Assembly: GCA_020891255.1 (NCBI GenBank)
Contig: BQFW01000015.1
Span: 2,418,001 to 2,482,000 of the forward strand
DNA length: 64,000 nt
From: Entomortierella parvispora E1425
Lineage: Eukaryota > Fungi > Mortierellomycota
Reading direction: 5' to 3'
The position numbers and the translations under genes were made by a program. Within the stretch, counting starts at the first letter, position 1, and every line of letters begins with the position of its first letter. Below the pieces are notes generated by a model. It was not told where the DNA came from. It ran no database searches and saw only the letters and a program-made list of their open reading frames with translations. This document shows positions 60,180-64,000 of this stretch, in pieces.

Positions 60180-62471
60180 TTACTCCTCCATATCATCTGA
60201 GACTTCGCTACCATCTTGGAACTGTCGGACACGCTGCTGATGTTGGATCATGGCCCGGATCTGCTTCAAGAGACGCTGCTCCTCTGACTGCTGGGGCTTG
60301 ATGGGCCGTCTCTGGTAAGGGTTGAAGTGGGTGATAACCTGGACCACTGGATGTTCTTTGGTCTTGACCAGTCTGGGAGCAGGCGAAGACGAGGCAGCGT
60401 TCTTGACAGGGGAGGGAGACTTGGCCCGTTGCATCTGTGGTGATGAAGCGGTGGTTCGGATAGCCAACTCTTCGTCGCTGATGGCCACGTCAGGATGCAT
60501 CTTGACAGTGTGGGTCTAAAGTTGAGAGACGCTATTAGCATCTAATGGACTGCAATTCAGTCCGAAAATCGTGAATAAAGATCTTTACCTTCAAGTTTCC
60601 AAGCTGACTGAAGGTCTTTCCACATCCAGCGAGACGACACATGAAGGGTTTAACCTCATCGTGAATACGCTCGTGGGTCTTCAGGTTTCCGAGCTGGGTG
60701 AAGGTCTTGCTACATCCGGGATGGGGGCAGCTGTAGGGCCTCTCGCCGGTATGCTTACGCTCGTGCGTCTATATCAGTTGAAAGGAACCAAAGGAAAACG
60801 TTAGATATAACGGTGCAGAGAGGACAGATGAAGGGCGGGGCAATTCAAAACCAGAGCTTGACATCAAGATATATTACCTTCAAATTTCCGAGTTGGGTGA
60901 AGGAGCGCTCGCATCCATCAAAGCGGCAAACCTAGATATAGTAAAGAAAGAAAGAGAGAGACAACCACACAAGGCCGCCGCGTTCCATGCAACCCAAGAG
61001 CCAACAAGCCAGCAATCCGCACCCAATACCAATGCAATTTTTGATATTGACATGGTTTTTGAAAGGAGGGCCAAAAGAAACGGTAACAAAGCACAAGAAT
61101 TGTGTGAAAAAACACAAGACGACAGCGCAAAGAACCAACAGCCCCAAACCAGCCATTATATCGGTAGTTTCAGCCAAAAGAGAGTCAAAAAGTGGGAGCG
61201 CAACGTTTTTTGCAAAGGTAGAGTGGGACAAGAGAGCGCAAAAGAGGCCAATCGCAAGATTCCAACAGTAGCAACAGAAGAAACGCGGACAAACCCATCG
61301 TTAAATAAGCCAACACGCCACAGGGAAAGGAGATAAAAGAGAGATAGACCGTGAGTCGTCAAAATATAAATACGTTCGTCATTAAACATTTCTTGAGAGG
61401 AATCGAAAAAACAACTCGAGAGTAAAAGGTCAAGGCATTGAGGAAGAGAAAAAGGGTTGCAGAAGAAAGAACAATCTTTTTCTGCGCTCCAACTCCTTCG
61501 GGGCTGTCTTTGCTTCTCGTCATAATCGTTTCTCCTTTCTAGCTCTCCCAAGGTCTTGAGTAAATGCTGTGCTCGCGCTGACGGTTGTACCAACTTTTCG
61601 TCACGGTCATTGTGGCGTGGTAAACAGGTATATGCAAACGAGTAGAGGCGACTCAATCCCGAGCAGTCATTAAGGATGGGGTGTGGAAGGAATAGAAAAA
61701 ATGAAGAAAGAGAAAAAAAAGAAAAACAAAAAATAGAACTGAACAGGGTACTGAACCAACAAAAACAATGGCAAGAAAAGAGCTGTCAAGTTCCGTCAAA
61801 TTTCGGGGCCTCCTTTTTCATCTCGTAATCTCAACCAGTTGCGGAAAGGCATGGGAATCAGAGTGTCAATGGTGCGGTCCGGGCAAATGGTGCGGGAGAC
61901 TAGCTGTGACATTATGTCGTATTTTCGGATGCAACAGAGGCAAATCCGCAGGCCGTGGACGGCTCTCTCACCAACCCATGGGAGAAAGATCAAGAACGCG
62001 CTTGATTTGATATCGGTACGATATCAACCGGTCCGCCTGTCGAGGGTGCTGACGGGTGCATACTAGAGAGGAGGGACTCTACTGACCGACAGCAGGATCC
62101 ACTCTCTAATAGCCCTGGCAGTCCTCTGGAAGGGTGCGAGCTAGATAGCCAAGTCTCCCCTTTCAATCGTGGGTGATTCCAAATTTCCACAGCGGCGAAA
62201 AAGTGGGCCCCATTCCATGGTCTCTTTTTTTTGCTCCATTCTTATATCCAAATTTTCAATCCTTTGCACAAGGGTGCAGAGGCCAAAGATCAAGGAATAG
62301 AAGGTATGAAGAATCGACCAGAGAAACAAGGGATGGGACTTACAAAAGGACGAGTCCCAGTGTGGCACCTAACATGATTGGGGGAAAAGGTTGAGTGTGT
62401 CAGTGCGTGGGCAGGTCAAAGCGGCAAGCAGAATAGAAACGTGACGATGATCTATAGAACGTTTTGTTCCT

Positions 62472-62502
<31 letters not shown>

Positions 62503-63254
62503 GGCTCAGATGTTTGGCATGGAAAGAAAGCACAACAAAGGGGACTTTGAGTCACTTACCGTTCGTGGATACGCAGATGGGCGACCTGGTAGAACTTCTT
62601 CTCGCAGCTACCAATCGTGCAAGCAAACTCCTTGGTGCGCTCACCAGACGAGTTTGTTGAAGACACAGAGCCGACAGAAGCCTGGCTGCTAGTCGACATC
62701 TTGCGATGGGCAATGGCCTGGCCCGAGGGGACCTGGCTTGGATGGGTGCTGGGAGTAAGACCCGAGGCGGCAGCATCGACAAAAGAAGCAGACACAAGAG
62801 TGGCCGCTGCTGCTGTCACAGCGCAGGTCTGTTCAGGAAGAGTCGACACAGCGGCCTCGGGAAGGACCAGGGATGGAAGCTGTTGAAGCGAGGGCGTATC
62901 GGCGGAACGCTTCATGAAAACTGTAGGAGAAGAAGGAACAGTCGCATTAGGGTCCTCTTCGTCGTCGTCGTTCAGGGGACGGCGAGTGGCAAAGAGGTCC
63001 TGGTCTTGCATTCCGTTCATCTCTTCGGCAGTGGCTTCCAGGGCAAGGACGAGGGCATCCAGGGGAGAGGCAGGAGGGTTAGCAGAACCCATCAGGCTCT
63101 TGACCGAGGAGCGACGACGGTCAGCGAGAGTGTCCATGGAGGATTGGAAGGTAGTCATGGGGGAGAGGGAGGGGGATGGGTAGCTTTGGGCTGACGTCAG
63201 GGTAGAGCAGGATTCCTTTTGGGCGAAGGAGTGAAGGAGAACAGGGGAAGTCAT
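60180..63254 (-). CDS. AZF1: Azf1-like transcription factor with four C2H2 zinc fingers
   Basis: Five exons. Fingers CTIGSCEKKFYQVAHLRIHERCH, CRFDGCERSFTQLGNLKTHERKH, CPHPGCSKTFTQLGNLKTHERIH and CRLAGCGKTFSQLGNLKTHTVKMH. The helix pattern matches fungal Azf1. Confidence 0.8.
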
Positions 63255-64000
63255 ATTGAACAGCGAGAGAGAAGGATGCGAGTGGCTGTTGTTGTTGCAG
63301 AGGCAGAAGGTGGTCAAGGCGACGGAAGGATGGGGCGTGCGAAGGTGGGCAAAGTATGAAGATGATGAAGAGATGAAAGATGTGAGCTTCTTCTTCTATG
63401 GGGTCCTTGTCCTTCTCCTGCTCAGGGGCACTGCAGCCCATGGTGTGGGTCCGCCTTTGCTTGGTGCAGAAGCACCTCGAAGAGAAAAAAAAAAAAAAAA
63501 AAAAAAATGTAAACAAAAATCTGGTGGCGCATTTCAAGCCGACTGGCTGGCTTGGTCTGGCTCTCTCTGCCCTTGCTTGGCTGGTCTGGCCCAGTTGGAC
63601 AAACCTGCTTTGTCGTCGCTTCTAGACTCCGACAGGGCGGCGGCGAGGTCCCTGCCCTGAAGGTGTAAGGTCCCTTGTAACTTGGGCGGAGTCGCCCCAA
63701 GACCTGTCTGGAAGTTCTGAGCGACTTGCAACGTCGACCCTTTTTGAGTCTGATTCTGGGTCAGGACGAATAGATGGGAGACCCCACGTGGCCAATTGTC
63801 CGACCATTGAACCTTCACCCTCCTCACTAAAGGCACTTTGCAGACTCTTTTGGGACTTTCCTTTGAGGATTTGAGGCAACCTCGCAGCAACGAAAAAAAA
63901 AAAAAAAAAAAAAAGAGCAAAAGAGACAATCCTCCTCACCTCTTTGAAAGTACTCATCGTATCAACCATTAGTGCTAGTCTGGACAAAGGGTTGTCCAAC

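Noticed and set aside
61156-61656. 166 aa ORF inside the AZF1 long intron, with an FTQDLG string in another frame resembling FTQLG
   Set aside because: Low-complexity composition, no Cys/His finger spacing and no convincing splice sites.

Overview
Eukaryotic, intron-rich fungal DNA. Intron size and consensus, long poly(A)/poly(T) tracts and a Crinkler gene starting MTDKRKLFCVYDG point to Mucoromycota, probably Mortierellaceae (inference). About 28 protein-coding loci were reconstructed by manual splicing. Most are housekeeping genes: CENP-U-like, RMD1, DNA ligase I, FOL3, Dap1/MAPR, Ase1, Slt2 MAPK, 5-oxoprolinase, EMC3, NADP-IDH, Argonaute, SAM50, LCL3, PMM, Sec61-beta, mago nashi and an Azf1-like TF. 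Accessory items are three MP88-like secreted paralogs, two tandem RimJ/RimL GNATs, a nucleoredoxin-like protein with YxxC, a frameshifted CRN effector, a secreted ORF with ACG in place of ATG, and a bacterial-type RtcB2-like RNA ligase. The most unusual item is absent from the ORF track. At 36120-37595 (minus strand) a signal-peptide exon is followed by a chain of 3-9 nt micro-exons with strong splice sites, a 7-nt stop-containing cassette and two duplicated candidate terminal exons. This resembles a micro-exon gene able to make variant secreted peptides by alternative splicing. No rRNA, tRNA, CRISPR array or intact transposon was recognised. All gene models come from reading splice signals by eye and need RNA-seq confirmation.
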